A stretch of DNA of 64,000 bases. Origin: an uncultured Gemmatimonadaceae bacterium (GTDB taxonomy: Bacteria > Gemmatimonadota > Gemmatimonadetes > Gemmatimonadales > Gemmatimonadaceae). Shown piece after piece: positions 12,194 through 21,410 of this stretch. The DNA is taken from the NCBI GenBank assembly GCA_963829055.1, contig CAWHHI010000006.1, positions 416,001 to 480,000 on the forward strand. The letters run 5' to 3'. The notes below the pieces were generated by a model, which worked only from the letters and a program-made list of their open reading frames with translations, ran no database searches and was not told where the DNA came from. Each line of letters opens with the position of its first letter. The stretch's first letter is position 1. Made by a program: the position numbers and the translations under genes.

Positions 12194-12691
12194 ATGAAGA
12201 CGAACGACATCGGCGCATCGCTCGCCACACTCTTCTCCGAACTGGTGGTCGGTGCGAACAGTGGCGGCGGCGCGTTCATCCTCAATTCCGGAGACGCCGG
12301 GCTGCTGCGGTCGCTCGACAAGCTCTCCGCCGCTGACGCCTCCGGTTCGGTGCACGGCGGTGCGACGATCGCCGCCCATGCCCAGCACGTGCGCTATGGC
12401 CTGTCGCTCATGAACCGATGGGCGAGCGAAGGAGGCAACCCCTTCGCCGATGCGAAGTGGGACGAAGCCTGGAAGACCTCTCGCGTCGACGACGGTGAGT
12501 GGAGCGAGATCCGCGGCGGCCTCCGCGACGAAGCGCAGCGCTGGTTAGGCGTCCTTGGCACCGGGCGCGAGGTGAGCACCGTGGAGCTCAACGGGATGAT
12601 CGCGAGCATCGCCCATCTCGCCTACCACCTCGGCGCGATCAGACAGATCGCATCGAGCGCACGCGGCCCAAGGGAAGGAACGTTCGCGTAG
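12194..12691 (+). CDS. DinB-like protein
   Basis: TIAAHAQHVRYGL and IAHLAYHLGAIRQ, the His-motif four-helix pattern. Confidence 0.8.
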   Translation: MKTNDIGASLATLFSELVVGANSGGGAFILNSGDAGLLRSLDKLSAADASGSVHGGATIAAHAQHVRYGLSLMNRWASEGGNPFADAKWDEAWKTSRVDDGEWSEIRGGLRDEAQRWLGVLGTGREVSTVELNGMIASIAHLAYHLGAIRQIASSARGPREGTFA

Positions 12692-12711
12692 CCGTCGCTA
12701 CCTGCGCGTCA

Positions 12712-13326
12712 TTATTCGCCCGATCGCCTGAGCGGGCCGATACGTCGCCCGGCGGCCGAGTCGGCGATGAGCGTCTCGAGCCTGCGCTCGCGTGTTGCCT
12801 CCTGCTTCGCGCTCACCACCCAGAACGTCGCCGTGCGCCGGTAGTAGGGCGCCTGCGACTCGAAGAACGCCCACGCCTTCGCGTTGGCGCGGAACCGCTG
12901 CTCGAACTCGTCGCCTAACGTGACGGCCGTTCGCTGCTCGAACGAGTAGACGCCGGACTTCTCCGGCACCCGTGCCTCGAACGCGGCGAGCCCGGACGGC
13001 TGCATCCGGCCTTCCTTCGTCAGTGCCGCGACGCGCGCGATATTCACCGCGCTCCAGTTGCTCCCCTTCTTCCGCGGCGTAAACCGGTTCTTGTAGCGCG
13101 TCTCGTCGATCGACTTCCTGATGCCGTCGATCCAGCCGTAACAGAGCGCCTCGTCTACTGCCTCAGGCCACGTGATGCTCGGCGTGCCCGAGCCCTTCTT
13201 GTGCATGCCGACCCAAACCTCGCTGGCGCGCGCGTGGTTCTTCTCGAGCCACTGGCGCCACTTGGCCGGCGTGGCGAAGAACAGCACGTCGTCTACATTC
13301 GTCGCGCTCTTCGTGTTCGGTGCCAT
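12712..13326 (-). CDS. YdeI/OmdA-associated (bacteriocin-protection) protein
   Basis: WRQWLEKNH, EAVDEALCYGWIDG, FTPRKKGSNWSAVN and WVVSAKQEATRERRL. Confidence 0.9.
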   Translation of the reverse strand: MAPNTKSATNVDDVLFFATPAKWRQWLEKNHARASEVWVGMHKKGSGTPSITWPEAVDEALCYGWIDGIRKSIDETRYKNRFTPRKKGSNWSAVNIARVAALTKEGRMQPSGLAAFEARVPEKSGVYSFEQRTAVTLGDEFEQRFRANAKAWAFFESQAPYYRRTATFWVVSAKQEATRERRLETLIADSAAGRRIGPLRRSGE

Positions 13327-13342
13327 GCAGTCAGAATAGTCA

Positions 13343-13948
13343 TCACAGCTGACTTGCGGCAGAAGACGACGGTGGTCGTTGCTCGCGCTGCGGCTTCGAC
13401 GGCGACCGCGGCCGATCGCCGTCTTCCACAGGACCACGCCCTGGAATGTCGAGCCCATCGAGCGCCGACAGATCATTCGACTCATCGCGCCGCATCACCG
13501 ACCACGCACCGTCGTTCTCGAGCACGACCGCCTGGGCATCATGGACAGACAGGAGACCCGCCTGTCTGATCGCCGCGCGCACCTCATCGACCGAGGCGTC
13601 GATCTCCTTCAGCCTCTCCTCGATGAGGTTGCCGTCCCACACCACGAGGTGCGGTCGCTCGCGGACGATGTGATGCGCCGCCCAGTACCGCGCCTGCAGG
13701 AACCGCGTGATTTCCTGCAGTACGAGAAACGTGAGGATCGCCGTGACGCCATCGATGACGGTGATCTCTGTGGACAGCGGCACTGCCGCGACGAGCGAAC
13801 CGAGCGCGATCGTGACGATCAGATCGTACCCCGACATCTTCGCGAGCGCGCGCGCGCCAATGATCCGGAGTACCAGGACTACCAGGATGTAGATGGTCGC
13901 CGCGCTCAGCGCGACACGAAGTACCGCCTCCCAACTTCGAAAGAACAC
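13343..13948 (-). CDS. DUF421/YetF membrane protein
   Basis: LRIIGARALAKMSGYDLIVTIALGS and AVVLENDGAWSV. Confidence 0.85.
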   Translation of the reverse strand: MFFRSWEAVLRVALSAATIYILVVLVLRIIGARALAKMSGYDLIVTIALGSLVAAVPLSTEITVIDGVTAILTFLVLQEITRFLQARYWAAHHIVRERPHLVVWDGNLIEERLKEIDASVDEVRAAIRQAGLLSVHDAQAVVLENDGAWSVMRRDESNDLSALDGLDIPGRGPVEDGDRPRSPSKPQREQRPPSSSAASQL

Positions 13949-14021
13949 GACGCCGTTACCTCTGCTGGAGGGCGCACAGACTGTCCAACCAGCAGGGCGG
14001 ATCAAGAAGCGAGCCCCTTGC

Positions 14022-15742
14022 TCAATGGCGAGGCAACTCGGGCGGCGTCACTCGTCGCATCGGTGCCGCAGGCGACGCGGGCTGACTCGTTCGAGCGAGC
14101 TGGTCCCGCAGCTTCGCTACCTGATCCGTGAGCTCCGGCCCATCTGCCGCGATCACGAGCAGCTCCTCGGCCCGGGCGACGTTTCCCAGCCGAGCATTCA
14201 TGCTGGCGGCGTTGAACGCCGACGTTCGATACCGCCGGCGCCGATCAGCAAGGTCTTCCTCGAGCGACGCGATGCGCTTCGCCTTGAACGCCGCACTGCC
14301 TTTCCGCGCACTACTCACCTCGGCGATTTTCGCGGCGATGTCCTGCGCCCGCGCATCGTAGCACACCATCGCTGAGTCGAACGAGGCGGCCGCTTCCGCC
14401 CAGATCTCGCGCTTGGTCAGCACGCTGCCGAGGTAGAAGCCCGCCGTGCAGTTCTCCGAGCCCATAGGAAGCCGCCGTGCACTGCGCAGATCGGCCTCGG
14501 CGACTGTAAGACTGTCCTGCTCGTGCTCGATGATCCCGGCGAGCGTGAGGTTCTCGGTGTTTCGGCCGCGTGACTTGGCGGCCTCGATGTCGCTGCGGGC
14601 GAGGTCGAGCTCTTTGCGGCGAAGTCGATTGGCTGCGCGCCAGTAGTAGCCCTCGCCGATGTTGGACGGTTCGAGCGCGATGAACCGCGTCGCTGTGGCG
14701 ATCGCCGCGGAATCCTGGCGGAGCGTCGTTAGGCAGCGCGTGGTCTGCAGCAGCGCGCGATCGTGCGCCGGCTCGATGGCGAGCGTCTGATCGTAGTGGC
14801 GAATCGCTTCCGGGCAGTCGCCGAGCGTGAAGTTGACCCATCCCGTCAGGAACATGACGCCTGGTGCGCGTGGAAATCGGGTATGCGCGCGCTCGAACAG
14901 GCCGAGTGCGTAGTCGCCGCCCGTCTCGTCGGTCTCCCACATCGCGCGGCGCGCCAGCGCGTACGCGGCTTCGTCGAACGAAGGCGCGGCGGCGAGCACG
15001 CGCTTCATGGCCAGCGTGTCGACGGGGTCGCAGCTCGCGGCGCGGTAGGCGACCAATGGCGGCGCGTTGACGGGAACCTGGCGCCGGTTGGCGAACGTGT
15101 TCGTTGTATCGCCCGACGTATTCCGTCGGTCGGAGAAGGAGCAGTCCAGCGAGAGCGCGATGTACCGTCGGACTTCGGGGGTCATCGGAACGCGCGCGAG
15201 CCAGGCGAGCTCGCTGTCTACTTTGGTGGTGTAAGGCGCGTACTTCCTCAGCAGCGCCGCCGTGGCCTTCATTGATACGCCGTTGCCGTCCGGGAAGACG
15301 GCGTCGACGATGTCGAGTACGTGCGTCCGCTTCCAGCGCGGTGGGGAGACGCGTGACGACCGAGCGCGCACGGTCCACGCTCGGCCGCCAGTCGAGTGCC
15401 AGCTCCTTCTCTCGAAGGGCCAGCAGCACGTCGGTCTCGAACAACCGCGCGATGACGGGGGCCGGCTTTTTCGTGTGCCTGTCGCTGGCGACACGCGCAT
15501 ACGTCGCGCGCGCCTCCTTCGAGGCAGTCGTAGCACCCCTCGAGCACGCGGGTATCGGCCGCGGCAAGCGCGAGCGCGTTCGCCTTGCGGATGCGGGCCA
15601 ATGCGCAGCCGAGCGACAATCCCATCCAGGCGAACACGGCGGCTCGGAGCCACAACGCTCGGAGCCTAACGCCGCGCGCGAAGCGGTCTGGCCCTGGCCG
15701 GCAGGCGAACTGGAGTCGTTCGGAATCGTGCGGTCGCGACAT
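14022..15742 (-). CDS. TPR-repeat protein (frameshifted in 5' part)
   Basis: C-terminal TPR-like helices (AIRHYDQTLAIEPAHDRALL, GYYWRAANR, AGFYLGSVL). The N-terminal part contains an EGCYDCL motif. Confidence 0.7.
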
Positions 15743-15834
15743 GGACCGGCCTGCCGTCGCTCGGGGTGGCTGGACTCACGCCCAGTTACAGGCGCAGTGC
15801 TACTATGGCGATAGTAGCTCGTCCGGTCAACCCT

Positions 15835-16025
15835 TGTCATTCCGAGCGCAGCCGCGGAGCGGCGGTCAGGAGCATGTCATTCCGAGCGAAGCGAAGCGAG
15901 TCGAGGAATCCTGGCGTCCCGGTAGAGAGCCCTCTACCATGCGACCCGAGGATTCCTCGACTCCGGCCTTCGGCCTCCGCTCGGAATGACAGCTCCTCGA
16001 CTCACTTCGTTCGCTCGGAATGACA
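15835..16025. repeat. REP-like palindromic element, class B (GTCATTCCGAGCG arms), nested/double
   Basis: Two TGTCATTCCGAGCG left arms and two CGCTCGGAATGACA right arms, an inner GTCGAGGAATC...GATTCCTCGAC stem and a GGTAGAGAGCCCTCTACC hairpin. Confidence 0.85.
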
Positions 16026-16028
16026 GCG

Positions 16029-16703
16029 CTAGTCGTGATCCTTCGCGCCGCCGGCCACCGGCGAGCCATCCGCCCACTTCGGGACCTTCACGATCATCTC
16101 CGCCTGCGGCGTCCCAGGCGACCCCACCGAGATCGGTTCACCCGCTCCGTCCTGAGTGAGCCCGAACTTCGCCGGCGTCGCGCCCGGCACGTAGAACATG
16201 AGATGCGGATGCCACGCCCCGACGCGCCGTCCGTCGGCGTCCGGCGACGAGAACAGCACCTGGCGCGGGGACATCATGTACGCCAGCGCCAGCTCACGAG
16301 GCGCCGTCAGCTCACCGCGTGCGTACGCCGAGCTCACTGCCCGGTCCACCGAGTCCTCGCTCACGCCTAACGAGCGGAGCCGCACCTGCATCAGCTCGCG
16401 GTGCATCACCGTGCGCGTGCCTTCGGCGTTGAAGCAGATCGGATACAGCCCGCCCTCGTGGAGGTCGCGGGCCACCAGGCACGCGACGCCGTTCGATCCC
16501 TTACGAAGGGTGAGCACGTTCCCGTCACGGACCGCGTACACGGTCGCCTTGTCCGTAACCTCCGGTGGCGCCGCCGAGACCGCGAGCGCGATCTCGCTGG
16601 AATCGGGAAGGGGGACTGGCTTGAACGGATACCTGCTCCCGCCGGACTGCGCGGAAGCCGAAGCGGTAGCGACGAGAAACAGCAACACGGCATGGCGGCG
16701 CAT
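16029..16703 (-). CDS. Secreted hypothetical protein
   Basis: Signal peptide MRRHAVLLFLVATASASAQ, and the conserved-looking motifs ALAVSAAP, GSNGVACLV, PICFN, LAYMMS and WHPHLMFYVP. Confidence 0.75.
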   Translation of the reverse strand: MRRHAVLLFLVATASASAQSGGSRYPFKPVPLPDSSEIALAVSAAPPEVTDKATVYAVRDGNVLTLRKGSNGVACLVARDLHEGGLYPICFNAEGTRTVMHRELMQVRLRSLGVSEDSVDRAVSSAYARGELTAPRELALAYMMSPRQVLFSSPDADGRRVGAWHPHLMFYVPGATPAKFGLTQDGAGEPISVGSPGTPQAEMIVKVPKWADGSPVAGGAKDHD

Positions 16704-17140
16704 TGGCGATACGGGATGGAGGTCGGGGTTCGAGCACCGGTATTTGATGGCCGCAAGCTCCAGAGTGTTACACGCCCCGCCGCGCGCGCCGCGGCTCTTC
16801 GAACACAATTGGCACGCTCGGCTCGTGCTTTGCGGCGTGACTGTATTTGGTCTCCCAATCAACGAGCCATCGAGACCATCACTCCGTCGCCCGCCTGCCC
16901 GAGGTCGTCCCCCTTGTTATGGCCCGGTGAGAGGCGAGGCTGTGCCGAAGGGGTGGTGCGGTTTTCTGCATCCGGCTGCGTCGCGCGCGAAGCGCGCCTG
17001 CGCGTTCTGCGTTGCATAGTACGAGCCCGGCGAAGGAACCGTGACCCCGAGATACCCGACGGTTGCACACTGAGGACATAGAAATCGCGGCACCCACCGT
17101 ACTCGGTCGCTGAACTGAGCTGCTCAGGAGCATTCAGGAC

Positions 17141-17706
17141 ATGCAGGTCTCCCGTCGCGAATTTCTTCGCTACTCAGCGGGTGCGGGCGCCGGTACGGCG
17201 CTCGGCGGTCTCGTCGGGCTTGGGCTCACGCTCGCGCCCGCACGCGCAAAGGCGCAGCAGCTTCGCATCAAGGACTCGAGAACGGTGCCGAGCATCTGCC
17301 CATTCTGCTCCGTCGGATGCGCCACGCTGATCCACGTCAAGTACGGCGAGATCATCAACATCGAAGGCGACCCGCGCAGTCCGCACAACGAGGGTACGCT
17401 GTGCCCGAAGGGCGCCGCCATCTACCAGCTCCATCGGAATCCGAACCGACCCACGCAGGTGGTGCACCGGAAGCCCGGTGCCACCGAGTGGGAGACGGTG
17501 GACCTCGAGTGGCAATGAATCGCGTCGCCGAGCTGGTGAAGAAAACGCGTGACGACACGTTCATCGAGCGGCTGCCTAACGGGAAGCTCGTGAACATGAC
17601 ACCGGCGCTCTTCCACCTCGGTGGCGCGACGCTCGACAACGAATTCAACCACGTCGCGCAAAAGTTCTGTCCGAGTGTTATCCGGTCGCGTTCCGCTGGC
17701 CAATGA
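17141..17706 (+). pseudogene. fdnG: N-terminal fragment of formate dehydrogenase-N-like alpha subunit (Tat signal and Fe4S4 domain), truncated
   Basis: SRREFLR Tat motif, CPFCSVGC...EGDPRSPHNEGTLCPKG, and after a frameshift near 17515 GGATLDNEFN. Similarity stops near 17670 and no downstream FDH domains or subunits follow. Confidence 0.75.
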
Positions 17707-18081
17707 AGGCGAAGGTGAACGCGACGTGCGGTGGTGCTCGTCGGTGTGGCGCTGGCGTTAGGCGGCTGCAGCGACCGAAGCAACAAGACGGACTTGCGAA
17801 CGCTCGATGCGGATGAGATGGCGAGCCAGGGTAAGCTCGTGCTCGCCGGCAGTCAGGTCGTCTCGGCTCTCCAGACGCCGAACCTCCCCGGTCGGATCAT
17901 CTACGACAAGCCGGTGGATCTCTCTCTGGCGAACGCGATGCGGACGCGGCCAGATCTCGTGAAACCCGACACAAGCCGCGTCAACCCGAGTCGCCCGACG
18001 GCTCGTCGCGACACGACGGGCGGCGATGCCACCGCCGACACGAGTGGCGGCGCCGTGAAACCACGACCGAAGCGTCCATAG
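17703..18081 (+). CDS. Small putative lipoprotein (start uncertain)
   Basis: VLVGVALALGGC lipobox-like signal. The ATG at 17703 needs a 1-bp shift to join this frame. Confidence 0.5.
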
Positions 18082-18085
18082 CCGA

Positions 18086-18700
18086 TCAGCGTGAGAGGAT
18101 CTTCAGCTCGCCGGTGATGAGCTGATAGCGGACGTCCCCCGTGGGGCCAAGGTCGACCAGCTCCGCCATGTACTCGGGAACCCAGGCCGGAGGCTGATCA
18201 CCCATCGCCCACTGGCTTCGCAGGAACGCTGCGCCGCCGTCGGCGAGGCGAAGGAGTACCATGCCTAACGTGACAGCCTCCCGCGCCGCCGTGACGTCGA
18301 AGCCAGCTGTGGACACCATGACACGGAGAGGCGGGCTGCTCGGAGCGACGTTCACCGGCCGCTCGATCGGCTGCGCGACCGGCTGAAGGCGCTTGGGTCC
18401 GTCGGATGCCGCGGTCGGCGTGACCGGCGCCGCTCGCGCTTCGAGCGCGCGCACGGCGTCGACGTCGGTGACACGAACCTCGTTCCGGAAATCGATGAGC
18501 ACGTCACGTGGTGTCGCGCCGCCGGCCGTCGAAGTCGGCGTTAGGCCTGCCAACTCCATCGCGTACTCACTCGGATCCTCGGGCGCGAGCGCGCGTCGCG
18601 AGAGAACGCGCACGATCGACAACGCGAGGCCCGCCTTCCGGAGCTCGCGCGCGATCACGATCTCGACTTCATCCGGACGGATGCGTCGAGGGTCACCCAT
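18086..18700 (-). CDS. Mrr-like restriction-endonuclease-fold protein, degenerate
   Basis: IRPDEVEIVIARELRKAG, DVLIDFRN and MVSTAGFDVTAAREAVTLGMVLLRLADG resemble Mrr_cat motifs. Confidence 0.55.
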   Translation of the reverse strand: MGDPRRIRPDEVEIVIARELRKAGLALSIVRVLSRRALAPEDPSEYAMELAGLTPTSTAGGATPRDVLIDFRNEVRVTDVDAVRALEARAAPVTPTAASDGPKRLQPVAQPIERPVNVAPSSPPLRVMVSTAGFDVTAAREAVTLGMVLLRLADGGAAFLRSQWAMGDQPPAWVPEYMAELVDLGPTGDVRYQLITGELKILSR

Positions 18701-18907
18701 GGTCGATCGTTCGAGCTGTCACACTTCCGACGTCGTCAAGAAACGAGCCCTCGTCGCGATCTCGCTCATCGGTACACTATCGGGCACTGCGCAGAGCTCG
18801 CCATAGCGGAACATGGCTTGCGACGATCCCGGCCACACGTCGCGCTCGGCGTCAGTCCGCAAGTCCCAGCGAGGTGACACCGACGCGATTGCCCAAGGAG
18901 GTATGAC

Positions 18908-19585
18908 ATGGCACAACATGATCGCGATCGCCTGGTGCGCAACGACGATACGGCCTCGTCCGGCCAGCTCGTCCACACGAGGGACCTCGACAAGTTCGAG
19001 TTTCCCAAGGATAGCCCTGATCCACGCGGCTGGGACGTTCGTTCGGCTGACGGTACGAAGGTCGGAAAGGTCGAAGATCTGATCGTCGACACGGCCGAGC
19101 GCCGCGTCCGCTACATCGAGGTCGCGCTCGACCGCAGTCTCGCGAAAGACACGGATCGTGACTACGCACTGGTTCCGATTGGGCAGGCTCGACTCGATGA
19201 CAACGGAGACAACGTGGTCGTGGACATGGCGAGCACCGATCTGGCCGGCGCGCCGCGTTATGACCGGAAGGCGTTGTCTCGCGACTACGAGACGTCGCTG
19301 CGATCATGGCTCGGTCAGCGGCGAACGAATGCTGGATCGCAGGCTCGCTCGAGCTCGAATGTGAGCTCGACTGCAGGCTCCGATCGTGACGTCGATTTCT
19401 ACTCGAGCCCTGAGTACGACGACCAGCGCTTCTTCACGCGAGGGCGCGGCCAGCGGAGTGGCGCGGCAGGCCGCGCGAGCTCGGGCATCGGTGACCGCAT
19501 CGCCAACGCGGCCGACGACATCAAGGACCGCGTTGACGGAAACCCGGCGTCGCGTCCGGGGCCGGATCCCACGGATCGCCGGTAG
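18908..19585 (+). CDS. PRC-barrel domain protein
   Basis: AAGGAGG RBS and DPRGWDVRSADGTKVGKVEDLIVD...RVRYIEV...LVPIG. Confidence 0.9.
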   Translation: MAQHDRDRLVRNDDTASSGQLVHTRDLDKFEFPKDSPDPRGWDVRSADGTKVGKVEDLIVDTAERRVRYIEVALDRSLAKDTDRDYALVPIGQARLDDNGDNVVVDMASTDLAGAPRYDRKALSRDYETSLRSWLGQRRTNAGSQARSSSNVSSTAGSDRDVDFYSSPEYDDQRFFTRGRGQRSGAAGRASSGIGDRIANAADDIKDRVDGNPASRPGPDPTDRR

Positions 19586-19593
19586 TCGCGGCC

Positions 19594-19728
19594 GTCATTC
19601 CGAGCGGGGTGTCATTCCGAGCGAACGAAGTGAGTCGAGGAATCGCGATCGTCCCGATAGAGGGCTCTCTACCTAGCACGGTCTCGATTCCTCGACTGCG
19701 GCCCGTTGGGCCTCCGCTCGGAATGACA
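19594..19728. repeat. REP-like palindromic element, class B, between convergent genes
   Basis: Two GTCATTCCGAGCG left arms, GTCGAGGAATC...GATTCCTCGAC and a CGCTCGGAATGACA right arm, with an inner TAGAGGGCTCTCTA hairpin. Confidence 0.85.
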
Positions 19729-19729
19729 C

Positions 19730-21170
19730 CTACGATGCCGTGCTTACCGCGAGCGCCTTCAACAGCCGATACGTGAACTCGAGCTGATCGTAGAACGCCT
19801 TCACGCCAATGCGCTCGTTGAGCCCGTGTGCGCGTGTGTCGTCCGCACTGCTCGGGTCGACGAACAGGCCACTCACGCCATACACCGACATCCCCGCGTT
19901 ACGGAGGAACAGTCCGTCGGTCGCACCGGTCTCCATGTTCGGAATGATCGGGAGCGGCCCCCACAACGACGCTGTGACCGAGCGGATCGTGCTCTCCAGC
20001 GCTGGCGGGAGCGGCGACGGCGGACTCGGTCTCGCCGTATCAGCGGCAGTCACGACGACCGCGGTGTCCGCCACGACTCTTTGAATGGTCCGCTCCACTT
20101 CTGCGGGATCCTCACCCGGAAGAATGCGGCAGTTCACCGTAGCTTCGCGCGCGCTGCGGCAGCGCGTTCACGGCGTGCCCACCCTCGATGAGCGTCGTGA
20201 TACACGTCGTCCGAAGCTGGGCGTTGTAGAACGGCGACCGTGCGGCGAGCCGAGCGGCGGCGGCGCGGTCCGGGGTGGCGGTCGCGCTCACGGCACGCAT
20301 CTCGGCGGCGAGCGCTCCGCTGCTGAGCGACGCGGTGCGCGCGAAATACGCCCGCGTCACCGCATTCGTCTTGATCGGAAATTCGTACGCGCTCACCCTG
20401 CCTAACGCTGCTGCGAGTCGGTTGATCGCGTTGTCCTTCGTCGGCAGCGAGCTGTGCCCGCCCGGATTGCGTACGACGAGATGGACGGAGTGGAAGACCT
20501 TCTCCGCGGCCTGCACGTCGAGCGAGATCGGCTTGCCGTCGTGCAACTCGCCGCCGCCCGCATCGGGGTTGAGGACGTACTCGGCGTCGAGTAGATCGCG
20601 GCGGTGCTCGAGCAGCCACTGAATCCCGTTGTATCCGGTTCCGCCACCTTCTTCTCCCGCCGTCAGCGCGAGAACGTAGTCGCCTTCCGGAACGATTCCT
20701 TCCTGCTTCATTCGCAGGAGCGCGGCAACCCACGCCGCGTCGCCGTTCTTCATGTCGAGCGTACCGCGCCCGTAGAAGTGACCGTCGCGCTCGGTCAGCG
20801 TGAATGGATCGAGCACCCAATCCGCGCGCCGCGCTTCCACGACATCCAGATGGCCAATGAGCAGGATCGGTCGGCGCTTCCCACTTCCACGGACGCGAAC
20901 GATGAGATTCTTGTCCTTGGCGTCGACGCCTGTATCCGGCCCGACGATCTGCACGTCGGCACTCGGGAATCCGGCCGCGCGGAACCGGGCGGCGAGAAGC
21001 TCGGCCGCTTTCGTGGTGCTACCCGCGGAGAACGTGGTGTTCGTCTCGATGAGCTCGCGCAGGATATCGCGGCCGAGGGTCTGATACGCGGTCGGAGTTG
21101 ATTGGGCGCGCGCTGATGACGCGAACGCGAGCGTGAGGGCGAGAGTGAACGAGGCGGATCTATTGGTCAT
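19730..21170 (-). CDS. Secreted M20/M25/M40 metallopeptidase (frameshift near 20140)
   Basis: GHLDVV, YGRGTLDMK, TAGEE, GGHSS, GATDG and RAHGLNERI. Confidence 0.9.
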
Positions 21171-21410
21171 CGTGAATCTTGGCTCCAGAGCGTTCGCGTC
21201 CACGTATCCGCGGACGTCGTGATCGGGCGAAGGCCGCAGCGCGATCAAACCTCGGTCCAGCCCCGAACAGCCGCTAGGTGGACCGCGATCGCTGAACGCT
21301 CGTACACTGGGTTACGGGTGGTCATTACGGTTGGTCACTCTGGACACGCCTTTCAAGCGTTGTATGATCACCTCGTCACAGGATCTGAAACGTCTCACCC
21401 CGAGGTGTGC

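Noticed and set aside
15835..16025. CRISPR array or tRNA
   Set aside because: The repeats are inverted arms, not regularly spaced direct repeats with unique spacers. There is no cloverleaf and no cas gene.
16810..16835. Sigma-54 promoter (TGGCAC...TTGC) upstream of fdnG
   Set aside because: The spacing between GG and GC does not fit the -24/-12 consensus.
17703..17720. Selenocysteine readthrough of TGA in the fdnG fragment
   Set aside because: The TGA is not in the NQAR-x-U-H context and the downstream sequence does not resemble FdnG.
18717..18745. Additional ECF41 promoter (TGTCACA)
   Set aside because: There is no CGTC at the spacing seen in the two sigJ-linked copies.
18908..19585. PRC-barrel protein as reaction-centre H subunit (puhA) and evidence of phototrophy
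   Set aside because: It has no N-terminal TM helix, there are no puf or bch genes nearby, and stand-alone PRC barrels are common.
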